IMG/VR virus record: IMGVR_UViG_3300032247_001974
Location: 1 to 26,009 of that record
DNA: 26,009 nucleotides
Direction: 5' to 3' (one strand)
Source of the DNA: a virus
Taxonomy: Duplodnaviria > Caudoviricetes
The translations under genes were made by a program, and so were the position numbers. Positions 1 through 7,839 of this stretch are shown here, piece after piece. Each line of letters begins with the position of its first letter. Positions within the stretch are counted from its first letter, which is position 1. Below the pieces are notes generated by a model. The model did not search any database. It was not told the origin of the DNA and was given only the letters and a program-made list of their open reading frames with translations.

Positions 1-1
1 A

Positions 2-1111
2 GGATCAGGCAATGTTAGAATAGCAGTGGGAACCAACGGCGGCCCTGGTCCTTATCTTTGGGATTTCCAGCCCAATGGCAACCTAACCGCACCAGGAAAT
101 ATCAGCACAACCGGCAACATCACCGCTGCTTACTTTAGTGGTAATGGATCAGGACTGACCGATGTGACTGCAACAGTTCCAAGTCAAACGATCCTACCTA
201 CTATACAAAGCGTCACAGCCATTCCTATGCTCACAGGGTATTTGTCGGGCGGTGAAGGGGGTGTGACTGTGACAGTGGCCAATACTATTCCGGTTACAGA
301 ATTTGGTGTGATCGTCACTGCCGGCACAGTGAGTCAAAAGTATGCGACTGGTTCGTTGGGAAACGCTCCAGGAACAGCAAATATAACTTTTACAACTGGG
401 ACAAGTTCCGCGCCGTTTACTGTGTATGCTTATGTGACCAGTAATGCAGGCACATATTATTCAAATGCAGTAACTGGAACTTCAGGACTGTGCTTGTTGG
501 CTGGAACGCAGATCGCACTCAGCGATGGCTCACACAAGGCAATAGAAGATATCACCTACACTGACAAACTGTTGAGCTGGGACTTTGATCGCGGCTGTTA
601 CGCAGAAACCACAGCATTGTGGATCAAACGTAGTGAAACTGGCGGTCAGTACAACTTACTCACATTCAGTGATGGCACAACTTTGCGAACATTTGATCAG
701 CATCGTATCTTCAACAAACAAGCAGGTGCATTTACATATCCAATGACATCAGCAACTCCTATCGGAACCGTCACAGTGAACGAACACGGTCAAGAGATCA
801 CCCTGACCCACAAGCAAGTGATAGAAGATACCATTGACTACTACAATGTTATCACTGACCATCACATGAACTTGTTCTCTGACAGTGTGTTGACCAGTTG
901 CAGATTCAACAACATCTATCCCGTCGTAGACATGAAGTTTGCGAAAGATGACAGGGTACTGCGTACTAGAGCAGAATTTGCAAATATTCCAGATAGATTC
1001 TTCCATGGTCTGCGACTGGCAGAACAAACCGCAGACGTTGAAACTGTTGAATGGTATGTAGATAGACTCGTGGTAACTGAAGTGTCAACTCAAGTGGAAC
1101 TGGCATCTTGA
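2..1111 (+). CDS. 5'-truncated fibre-like/structural protein with C-terminal Hint (Hedgehog/intein) autoprocessing domain
   Basis: The frame is open from base 2 (GSGNVRIAVGTNGG...), so the real start is upstream of the window and the GTG at 26 is probably internal. The N-part has the fibre motif GNITAAYFSGNGSGLT. The Hint domain spans 491-901: block A CLLAGTQIALSDGSHKAIEDI, block B-like RTFDQHRIF, block F/G-like YYNVITDHHMNLFSDSVLTSC. Confidence 0.8.
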   Translation, partial: GSGNVRIAVGTNGGPGPYLWDFQPNGNLTAPGNISTTGNITAAYFSGNGSGLTDVTATVPSQTILPTIQSVTAIPMLTGYLSGGEGGVTVTVANTIPVTEFGVIVTAGTVSQKYATGSLGNAPGTANITFTTGTSSAPFTVYAYVTSNAGTYYSNAVTGTSGLCLLAGTQIALSDGSHKAIEDITYTDKLLSWDFDRGCYAETTALWIKRSETGGQYNLLTFSDGTTLRTFDQHRIFNKQAGAFTYPMTSATPIGTVTVNEHGQEITLTHKQVIEDTIDYYNVITDHHMNLFSDSVLTSCRFNNIYPVVDMKFAKDDRVLRTRAEFANIPDRFFHGLRLAEQTADVETVEWYVDRLVVTEVSTQVELAS

Positions 1112-1599
1112 AAATACTGTTCTTGGATCATTACGGCGTGATGTGTCTTGGTGCTCGCGAGATAGTTAGAACTGAACACAGCATGCCCACTGATGCTGAA
1201 TTTGCAGGAACCAACAAGACCTATTTCAGTGACTTTGATCCAGCCGCGGTCAAGATTCTAAATCAAATATTAGATCAAACTGGTGCTGAAATTGTTGTGA
1301 GCAGTGATTGGAAATTAAAAACCAGTATTGAAGGCATGTGTGAGTTTTATCAGACTCAAGGCATCAAAAAAATGCCTATTGATTATACTGCATGGTTGCC
1401 TGGTGCGACTACATATCATGAACAGCGAGCAGGCGAAATAAACACATGGCTAGAACAACATCCTGAAACTAATAAGTGGGCAGCAGTAGATGATCTATAC
1501 ATGGGAACTTGGCTAACAAATTTTGTTTGGACAAAAAATGTTCATCTAGGCTTAAATGACCCCGTAGTGCAACAACAACTTTTAGATATTTTGATATAG
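1108..1599 (+). CDS. HAD-superfamily protein (Swiss-army-knife RNA-repair-like HAD type)
   Basis: Motif I-like ILFLDHYGV, motif II IVVSSDWK, R..EI..WL, motif IV WAAVDD. The TTG start overlaps the upstream stop (TTGA). Confidence 0.75.
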   Translation: MKILFLDHYGVMCLGAREIVRTEHSMPTDAEFAGTNKTYFSDFDPAAVKILNQILDQTGAEIVVSSDWKLKTSIEGMCEFYQTQGIKKMPIDYTAWLPGATTYHEQRAGEINTWLEQHPETNKWAAVDDLYMGTWLTNFVWTKNVHLGLNDPVVQQQLLDILI

Positions 1600-1607
1600 G
1601 ATAACAC

Positions 1608-2342
1608 ATGGCACTCTCAATCGGAACCGGAATCACCATAGGTGGTGGAATCACATTTGAAGCAATACTGCCAGTCGAACCGTTGCCGGCGGCTTTGAAT
1701 CTTGACGCAGGCAATCCTGCAAGTTATCCTGGAGCAGGGGGCTACTCTACCTGGACTGACACAGTTGGATCAATAACTTTTACACTAGTAAACGGTCCCA
1801 CATACAACAGTGCCAACGGTGGATACATACAGTTTGATCCTGGTTCAGGACAGTATGCAGCCAGCTCTACAAAATTAGGTACACTTGCTAACTGGTCAAT
1901 TGAAGCGTGGCATTATTATGATGGAACTAACACTTCAGCTGGCCCTTCTATATTCACAGAATACCCATATGCCGGCGGTACTATCAATCTTGGCTTAGGT
2001 TCAGTGAGTGCCACGGTAACTGATTTACAGGCCTGGTGGTATGGCCCGGGATTCCAAGCCACCGCTCCATATACATTGACTCCCGGAGCATGGTATCAGA
2101 TTGTAGGCACATTTGATGGAACCACTCTCAACTTGTATGTAAACAACACATTGGTGCAAACCCAAGTCGCACCACCCGGTGGTGCTGCCAATCCTTCAAT
2201 TGGATATGGGTTGATGACACGCTGGGATCCAGGCGGTCTATGGGGCGGCCGATTGGCTATTGTTCGTGTGTATGATACGGATATCGGTGCCCCGGGCGTC
2301 ACACAAAACTGGAATGCCGACCGAGCACGATTTGGTCTTTAA
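1608..2342 (+). CDS. LamG/concanavalin A-like lectin domain protein, probable virion adhesin
   Basis: LNLDAGNPASYPG...TWTD...GPTYNSANGGYIQFD, WSIEAW, WYQIVGTFDGTTLNLYVN, GRLAIVRVYD...QNWNA..ARFGL match the LamG-like pattern common in aquatic phages. AGGA RBS at 1598-1601. Confidence 0.8.
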   Translation: MALSIGTGITIGGGITFEAILPVEPLPAALNLDAGNPASYPGAGGYSTWTDTVGSITFTLVNGPTYNSANGGYIQFDPGSGQYAASSTKLGTLANWSIEAWHYYDGTNTSAGPSIFTEYPYAGGTINLGLGSVSATVTDLQAWWYGPGFQATAPYTLTPGAWYQIVGTFDGTTLNLYVNNTLVQTQVAPPGGAANPSIGYGLMTRWDPGGLWGGRLAIVRVYDTDIGAPGVTQNWNADRARFGL

Positions 2343-2353
2343 ATCCTAAACAA

Positions 2354-3376
2354 GTGCTAGAAAATTATTATCAGCTTGACTATGTGTACGATCATAGTCA
2401 TAGACATCATTTTGATTATCTGGGGCATGGGCACATTGCTAACCATCTAACATTTTTATTTGACTGCGGGCTGGAGTTGAATCACGGTGTTGGCCGAGCC
2501 GTGGCCATGATAAGAAATGCAGCAAAGGAGACCGGAAGGTTACCGGTATTGTGCTTGGATAGCAATCCATACAACGCTGATCAAATACTACAAGAACTCA
2601 ATGAGCAAATTGATCCTAATACATTTTTTGTATTTCATCCGGACATAAGAGCAGAACTATGCCAATCTGCTAATATAGCACCATGGCCAAGTTGGTTATG
2701 CAATCAACAATTATTACCAAATCATCAACTTGGACAAGCAAAAAAATATCGAATCAGTTACTTGTCAGGAGTCGCTAGATATCATAGAATAAAATTGATG
2801 AAAGAAGTACGTGATTGGATACGAAACGATGATGTAGTTGTAGTCAATCGATTTGCTCCAAAAATGTTATCTAATACCATGCCCGGGACGTTGGTAAACA
2901 CGGCACAACAATTATTAGATGAATTGCCCTACAGCAACCGGGCTGAGTTCATTGACAATGAACAAGGTGAAGGACAAGCAGCCCTACATGCACATAATAG
3001 TCATGCTGCATACGCTGCTAGGGTAAACATAACTGGAGAAACGTCAGGTGGAGACCAAGTTCTATTCAGTGAAAAAACTTGGAAAGCATATCTCAGCGGT
3101 TGCCTGACGATAAATTTTGGCATCGATACAGCACCAACGGTGTTGAAAAAATTTGGTATTGAAATCTGGGAAGAATACGATCAGTCAGTTGCTTGGGAAA
3201 ACAAGATTGACCTAATCAAAAATTTGTTCCAACGAGATGACATTGATCTTGTTTACGAAAAACTGATTCCCATGATACATCACAATCAAAATTTAGTATC
3301 CAGCAAAGATTTTGCCAAACTGCTGGCGCAACCCGCTATAGAAAAAATTTCTAATCTGTTGGAAACTAGATCTTGA
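2354..3376 (+). CDS. Hypothetical protein, putative GT-B glycosyltransferase-like (GT10-like C-terminal motif)
   Basis: 340-aa ORF with GTG start (start uncertain). The segment VNITGETS...FSEKTWKAYLSGCLTINFG...LKKFG resembles the E..Y.TEK...A...G..PI..G donor-binding motif of GT10-like proteins. Confidence 0.5.
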   Translation: MLENYYQLDYVYDHSHRHHFDYLGHGHIANHLTFLFDCGLELNHGVGRAVAMIRNAAKETGRLPVLCLDSNPYNADQILQELNEQIDPNTFFVFHPDIRAELCQSANIAPWPSWLCNQQLLPNHQLGQAKKYRISYLSGVARYHRIKLMKEVRDWIRNDDVVVVNRFAPKMLSNTMPGTLVNTAQQLLDELPYSNRAEFIDNEQGEGQAALHAHNSHAAYAARVNITGETSGGDQVLFSEKTWKAYLSGCLTINFGIDTAPTVLKKFGIEIWEEYDQSVAWENKIDLIKNLFQRDDIDLVYEKLIPMIHHNQNLVSSKDFAKLLAQPAIEKISNLLETRS

Positions 3377-4517
3377 AGAAGCCCAAGAATTTGTGCATCC
3401 GGTTGATCACACTATCCCAATCACCCATCACAGGTTGACGATACAGTCTAGCACTGGGATACCAAGGTGAATCATCACGATTCAGTAACCAACGCCAGCA
3501 GTTTCCATAAGCGTTGAGTGGAATCCAAACAGGACGACCCATTGCACCGGCCAAGTGTGCGTTGGCAGTATCCACGGATATCACCAGATCCAAGTGATGC
3601 ATTAGGCCTGCGGTATCACTGAAATCATTGATAGTGCCAGGATAACATTCTCCACCAGCTGCTGTGATCACCGCGGATTCTTCTTCAGTGGAGTCAACAG
3701 TTAGATTGATCCATTGATGCTCGGGATTGCGTCGTATGAGTTCGGCCATCTTTTCCACAGGCATGGCTTTGTGATTGTGTATCCATGAATCTTTACGTCC
3801 TGCCCAACACACGCCAATACGCATTTTATTTTTTGGACCCAGTCTATCCGCCCACTGTTGTGCTTTCACAGGATCAGCGGCAACATATTGTAGTTGATGG
3901 GCAAGATTTTCTAGTGTCAACCCGATCACTCGCGGAATGCTCATCATGGGAATCCAATAATCAAATTCACCATGATCTTCACCGGGCCCGTAGATTCCAA
4001 CGATGTTACCAGCTGGTGCCGGAAACAATGTTTTGACACCGGCACTGAGAACCAATTTTATCTTGGCACCAGCTGATTGTAAGTTTGCAGCAAATCTCAA
4101 AAATTGGATCTGGTCACCAAGCCCTTGCTCGCCCACTATCATTATGATTTTGTCTTTGATGTCTTGTCCGGTCCATTCTGGTTGAGACAATACTGGTTTG
4201 ATACCGGCCATGTGCTCGTAACGCCAACGTGCTTCATAGTAGGGCCAGCCTCGAGTATAATCTCCTTTGAGCAAGTAGGCAACAGCTAGATTGAACTCGG
4301 CGGTAACATTGGCAGGATCAATTTCATGTGCGGCATGTAAAAAAGGAATAGCCCGATCAGGATACCCCATTTCTCGCAGCACATTGCCGTAGTTGTTGAA
4401 TGCAGCACCGTGATTGAAGTTTTCTCCAAATATCTGTGCATAGCACTTCAATGCTTGCTCGGGTTGGTGATCGGCACGATGTTGATTGCCTTGTTCGAGT
4501 ATTTGATCAATGTTCAT
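3366..4517 (-). CDS. TPR-repeat protein fused to GT9-like (GT-B) glycosyltransferase
   Basis: N-terminal TPR helices (ALKCYAQI, AFNNYGNVLREMG, AEFNLAVAYLLKGDY). Then EQGLGDQIQFLRF, DLVISVDTANAHLAGAMGRPVW and WRW...DSPWYPSARLYRQ...GDW, typical of TPR + GT9-like proteins. Confidence 0.85.
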   Translation of the reverse strand: MNIDQILEQGNQHRADHQPEQALKCYAQIFGENFNHGAAFNNYGNVLREMGYPDRAIPFLHAAHEIDPANVTAEFNLAVAYLLKGDYTRGWPYYEARWRYEHMAGIKPVLSQPEWTGQDIKDKIIMIVGEQGLGDQIQFLRFAANLQSAGAKIKLVLSAGVKTLFPAPAGNIVGIYGPGEDHGEFDYWIPMMSIPRVIGLTLENLAHQLQYVAADPVKAQQWADRLGPKNKMRIGVCWAGRKDSWIHNHKAMPVEKMAELIRRNPEHQWINLTVDSTEEESAVITAAGGECYPGTINDFSDTAGLMHHLDLVISVDTANAHLAGAMGRPVWIPLNAYGNCWRWLLNRDDSPWYPSARLYRQPVMGDWDSVINRMHKFLGFFKI

Positions 4518-4522
4518 ATGGG

Positions 4523-4528
4523 TATTTA
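4523..4528 (-). promoter_or_regulatory. T4-type late promoter core TAAATA for the TPR-glycosyltransferase
   Basis: TATTTA on + (TAAATA on -), 5 nt before the ATG at 4517, with no SD. Resembles the T4 gp55 consensus TATAAATA. Confidence 0.55.
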
Positions 4529-4565
4529 CGAATTGTGTGCATGGGGCTTAAAATAAGTGGTTGTC

Positions 4566-4573
4566 CATAAATA
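4566..4573 (+). promoter_or_regulatory. T4-type late promoter CATAAATA
   Basis: One mismatch to TATAAATA, in the divergent intergenic region 88 nt before the ATG at 4662. The same octamer occurs before the gp14-like gene. Confidence 0.6.
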
Positions 4574-4661
4574 AGTGTTGTACGCAATCCTGCGTCTTAT
4601 GCGGTTTAACCCGCCGCGTAGAAGCTAGAACCTTCATCGGACTTCTTTAAGGAGAAAACAA

Positions 4662-5486
4662 ATGGGACGTCCTCTAAAAATACAGAAATACAGTTTGAAT
4701 ACTGGTGTCGGTAGCCCCGGCGCAAACACACCTGTGGATCTTGCTTATCCACCATTCAGCACACTCACCGATCCGGTATACAATGCTCCTACTCAAACGC
4801 TGGACTCAGCTCAGTTCTTGGGTGTGGTAGGCGGATCGCCCCCTACCAGCCAGCCCAGCGCCACATATCCTGTGGTCACAGCATTTGTGAATATCGCACT
4901 GGCTAATGGTTCATCTACTTTTGCGCTGGCCGGATCATACGCAGGCCGCATCATACGCCAAAAAGGCAGCCACAAATATCTAGTGGCATACACAGGCGGA
5001 ACTACTTCTGGTGGTAGTTTCATTGTTGGGCAGGCATATCAGATTGTTGCTCTTGGTAACACCAACTGGCAATCAGTGGGCACCGGAACAGGCACAGTTG
5101 CAGCCGGTGATATTTTCACAGCCACAGCAGTCGGCAGCGGCAGCGGCACTGCATATCCAGTTGGCGTGTGTGTGTTGACCAATGATACCACACCCGATGC
5201 AGGTCTCATGGCCATTGGCTACGAATCTGGTGACAGCGCAGCAGCCACAGCCAGCAATCTCAAGAACAAGTGGGTTCGTGACTGGGTGGGAACTGCTGGA
5301 AACTACAGCAACAACAATCTTGGTGAAGTTAGTTACACTAGCGAACTTTACTATGTGGCCAACTTCTTCACAGACGAAGGCGGTGTTGCACAGTCAGGTT
5401 TGGATACTGCTACAGCTACAGAAAGTGTGGCTGGAGCACCAGCTGGCTACGTGCCACTGGCAGTTATCAACAACGCAACTTCCTAA
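4662..5486 (+). CDS. Hypothetical protein, probable virion structural protein
   Basis: 274 aa, G/T/A/S-rich, starts MGRPLKIQK, has IIRQKGSHKYLV and FIVGQAYQIVALGNTNW...G...GDIFTAT motifs. Strong SD AAGGAG at 4649-4654, late-type promoter upstream and terminator-like hairpin downstream. Confidence 0.7.
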   Translation: MGRPLKIQKYSLNTGVGSPGANTPVDLAYPPFSTLTDPVYNAPTQTLDSAQFLGVVGGSPPTSQPSATYPVVTAFVNIALANGSSTFALAGSYAGRIIRQKGSHKYLVAYTGGTTSGGSFIVGQAYQIVALGNTNWQSVGTGTGTVAAGDIFTATAVGSGSGTAYPVGVCVLTNDTTPDAGLMAIGYESGDSAAATASNLKNKWVRDWVGTAGNYSNNNLGEVSYTSELYYVANFFTDEGGVAQSGLDTATATESVAGAPAGYVPLAVINNATS

Positions 5487-5501
5487 AGTTTAGCGACCTG
5501 G

Positions 5502-5533
5502 ATCCTCTCAGCTACATACTGAGAGGATTTTTT
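5502..5533 (+). terminator. Intrinsic terminator-like hairpin overlapping the next gene's RBS
   Basis: Perfect 10-bp stem ATCCTCTCAG (5502-5511) / CTGAGAGGAT (5519-5528), loop CTACATA, then a T run directly before the ATG at 5534. Confidence 0.7.
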
Positions 5534-6121
5534 ATGACCGTGGCATTCGTATTAGGCAATGGGCAAAGCCGAACAAGCATAGATCTAGTGCAACTGAAAC
5601 AACTGGGACCTATCTACGGCTGCAATGGGCTGTACAGAGACTGGGAACCTGAATGTCTTGTGGCCACAGATCGGCCCATCGCTGAAGCTATACAACGCTC
5701 GGGTTACGCAAAAACTCATAGATTTTACACAAGAAAACCTCTGCCCGATTTAGGTGCTCTTGTGGTTCCTAGAAAATATCATGGCAATAGTTCTGGCCAA
5801 ATTGCCTGTGCTCTCGCTGCATTGGATGGACACGATCGTATCTATATGTTGGGATATGATATGGCTCCTAGCCCTAGCATGAGATTTAATAATGTGTATG
5901 CCGGCACCGAATTCTACAAAAGTGCAGATGCGGCACCCACATTTACAGGAAATTGGATACGGCAACTGGTGACCATAGCTGGGGATTTTCCAAATTGCCA
6001 ATTTATCCGTGTTTGTGGCCCCACCAGCGCAGAGATCAAAGAGTTTAAAAACATCGCAAACTTTGATACCATAGACATTAAATTATTTCAGCATCGTTTG
6101 CAAGCCACCCGCGAGCTTTGA
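5534..6121 (+). CDS. Maf/DUF115-like (CstII-like fold) putative glycosyltransferase-related protein
   Basis: AFVLGNGQSR...IYGCNGLYRD...LVATD...NSSGQIA...A..G...IYMLGYD matches the GNGPS / G.N / SG / IYL.G.D motif series of Maf/DUF115 and GT42-like proteins. Confidence 0.6.
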   Translation: MTVAFVLGNGQSRTSIDLVQLKQLGPIYGCNGLYRDWEPECLVATDRPIAEAIQRSGYAKTHRFYTRKPLPDLGALVVPRKYHGNSSGQIACALAALDGHDRIYMLGYDMAPSPSMRFNNVYAGTEFYKSADAAPTFTGNWIRQLVTIAGDFPNCQFIRVCGPTSAEIKEFKNIANFDTIDIKLFQHRLQATREL

Positions 6122-6150
6122 TCCAGAATCTGTGACAGGTAAGAGTCTGG

Positions 6151-6156
6151 TAAATA
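6151..6156 (+). promoter_or_regulatory. Late promoter core TAAATA for the fibre cluster
   Basis: TAAATA 18 nt before the ATG at 6175, flanked by the inverted repeat AGAGTCT/AGACTCT. Confidence 0.55.
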
Positions 6157-6174
6157 CAACTAGAGACTCTACAA

Positions 6175-7818
6175 ATGACACAATATACCATTGATATTGG
6201 CGCAGTTCCAGACGACGGGCAAGGTGATCCGTTACGAACTTCGTTCAATTATACCAATCTAAACTTCGATCAGATTTTTGCTGCTGGCCCGGTGCTGAGT
6301 AATGTGGCTATCGCCAACAATACCATCCGAACCATCAACAGCAATGGCGATCTGATACTGGCACCCAATGGTATTGGCCGCATACAACTCAAAACTTCAC
6401 TGGTACCTAGTTTTGATAACGTATATGAACTAGGCAGTCCGACTGCACGTTTCAATACCATTTACATAGGCACAGGTGGTCTGAACATACCAAGTATCAG
6501 TGTCACCGGTAATATCACCGCTAACTATTTTATCGGCAATGGTAGCTTGCTCACCGGGATTATTGCCACCGATTCAGCCAAGATCAGCAATGGCACCAGT
6601 TCGATTTCAGCTGGTGTGACCAATGGTAATATCACAGCTACCATCAACGGTGTATCAAACATAGCCATATTTACTAACCTGGGTATAGTAACCAACGCTC
6701 TTACTGCCACAGGCAACGTCACCGCAAACTATTTTCTTGGCAATGGCAGTTTACTAACAGGAGTAGTTGCTACCGATTCGGCTAAAATCAGCAATGGCAC
6801 CAGCTCGATTTCAGCTGGCACTGCTAATGGAAATATCACATCTACTATCAATGGTGTATCAAATGTAGTGGTATTCACCGCCCAGGGTTTAATAACCGAT
6901 ACTCTCACTGCCATAGGTAATGTAATCAGTGGCGCATTGGTATCAGGTGCAAGTTTATCAGCATCCAGTGCCACTATATATGGAGAAATTGCCACTGTTA
7001 GTGTCAATGCCACGGGCAACATCGCCGGCAACAATATCACTGCAACCGGCGATGTAAATGCCAACAATTTTTTAACTCCAGGAGTGGTGTCTGCAACGGG
7101 CAATGTGACTGGTAATTTTATCCTAGGTAATGGTGCATTTTTAACCGGAGTGATCACATCAGTAAGCAACATTAGCAATGGCAATAGCAATATAGATATT
7201 TCCACAGCCAACGCCAATATCACTGTTGGTGTGAGTGGCAATGCTAATATAGTTGTTTTTGCCAACACCGGAGCGTATGTCACTGGTGTGGTGTCGGCCA
7301 CTGGCAACATCACTGCACCTAATTTCATTGGTAATGTGATAGGTAATATCAGTGGAAATATCACTGTTCCTGGTGCCAACACACAGGTGTTGTTTAACGA
7401 CAACGGATTGGCCAATGCTTCGACGGGATTTACGTTTAATAAATCTTCAAACTTGGTCACAGTGGGCGGCAATGTCAGTGCTGCAGGATTTACAGGCAAT
7501 GGTGCTGGTCTAGCAAATGTCATGGCCGATCGCGGTGGTGATCCTAACAATTGGAACACACTGACACAAATGGGCATTTATGCGGTAAATAGAACAAGTT
7601 GGGCTGGAACCACAGGAACTCCTTTGGACAGCCAAGTGTATGTGGGTGTGTTAGAAGTCATGAACTCAGGTAACACCGCACTATCACAAGTGTTTTACCC
7701 GGGAACCACAGGTGCGGATGTAAAAGTGCAATGGACTCGGAACAAATGGTCTGGTACATGGACAGCATGGGTACTGATGACCAATGATGGGCAGGTTATA
7801 ACTGGTGGAGATTTTTAA
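6175..7818 (+). CDS. Fibre protein with T4 gp9/gp10-like baseplate-anchoring N-terminus and C-terminal knob
   Basis: N-terminus IDIGAVPDDGQGDPLRTSFNYTNLNFDQIF is a gp9/gp10-type motif. G/N/T repeats include a 204-nt-period duplication (6508 and 6712). C-terminal pyocin-knob-like NTLTQMGIYAV...GVLEV...QVFYP...RNKWSGTWTAW. Ends ITGGDF. Confidence 0.75.
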   Translation: MTQYTIDIGAVPDDGQGDPLRTSFNYTNLNFDQIFAAGPVLSNVAIANNTIRTINSNGDLILAPNGIGRIQLKTSLVPSFDNVYELGSPTARFNTIYIGTGGLNIPSISVTGNITANYFIGNGSLLTGIIATDSAKISNGTSSISAGVTNGNITATINGVSNIAIFTNLGIVTNALTATGNVTANYFLGNGSLLTGVVATDSAKISNGTSSISAGTANGNITSTINGVSNVVVFTAQGLITDTLTAIGNVISGALVSGASLSASSATIYGEIATVSVNATGNIAGNNITATGDVNANNFLTPGVVSATGNVTGNFILGNGAFLTGVITSVSNISNGNSNIDISTANANITVGVSGNANIVVFANTGAYVTGVVSATGNITAPNFIGNVIGNISGNITVPGANTQVLFNDNGLANASTGFTFNKSSNLVTVGGNVSAAGFTGNGAGLANVMADRGGDPNNWNTLTQMGIYAVNRTSWAGTTGTPLDSQVYVGVLEVMNSGNTALSQVFYPGTTGADVKVQWTRNKWSGTWTAWVLMTNDGQVITGGDF

Positions 7819-7839
7819 CCAAAGGGTTGAGGAAAAAAG

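Noticed and set aside
491-901. Canonical splicing intein or homing endonuclease
   Set aside because: There is no terminal His-Asn/Gln and no LAGLIDADG or HNH insert, and the domain is near the C-terminus, not inside a conserved enzyme.
4551-4581. Short direct repeat AAATAAGTG (4551-4559, 4569-4577)
   Set aside because: Only two 9-nt AT-rich copies overlapping the promoter. It may be a small local duplication, but it is too weak to call an operator.
3785-5493. Alternative-frame ORFs within the TPR-GT and MGRPLK genes (3785-4289, 4811-5023, 5182-5493)
   Set aside because: They are short, almost wholly nested in well-supported genes, and lack an RBS or recognisable motifs.
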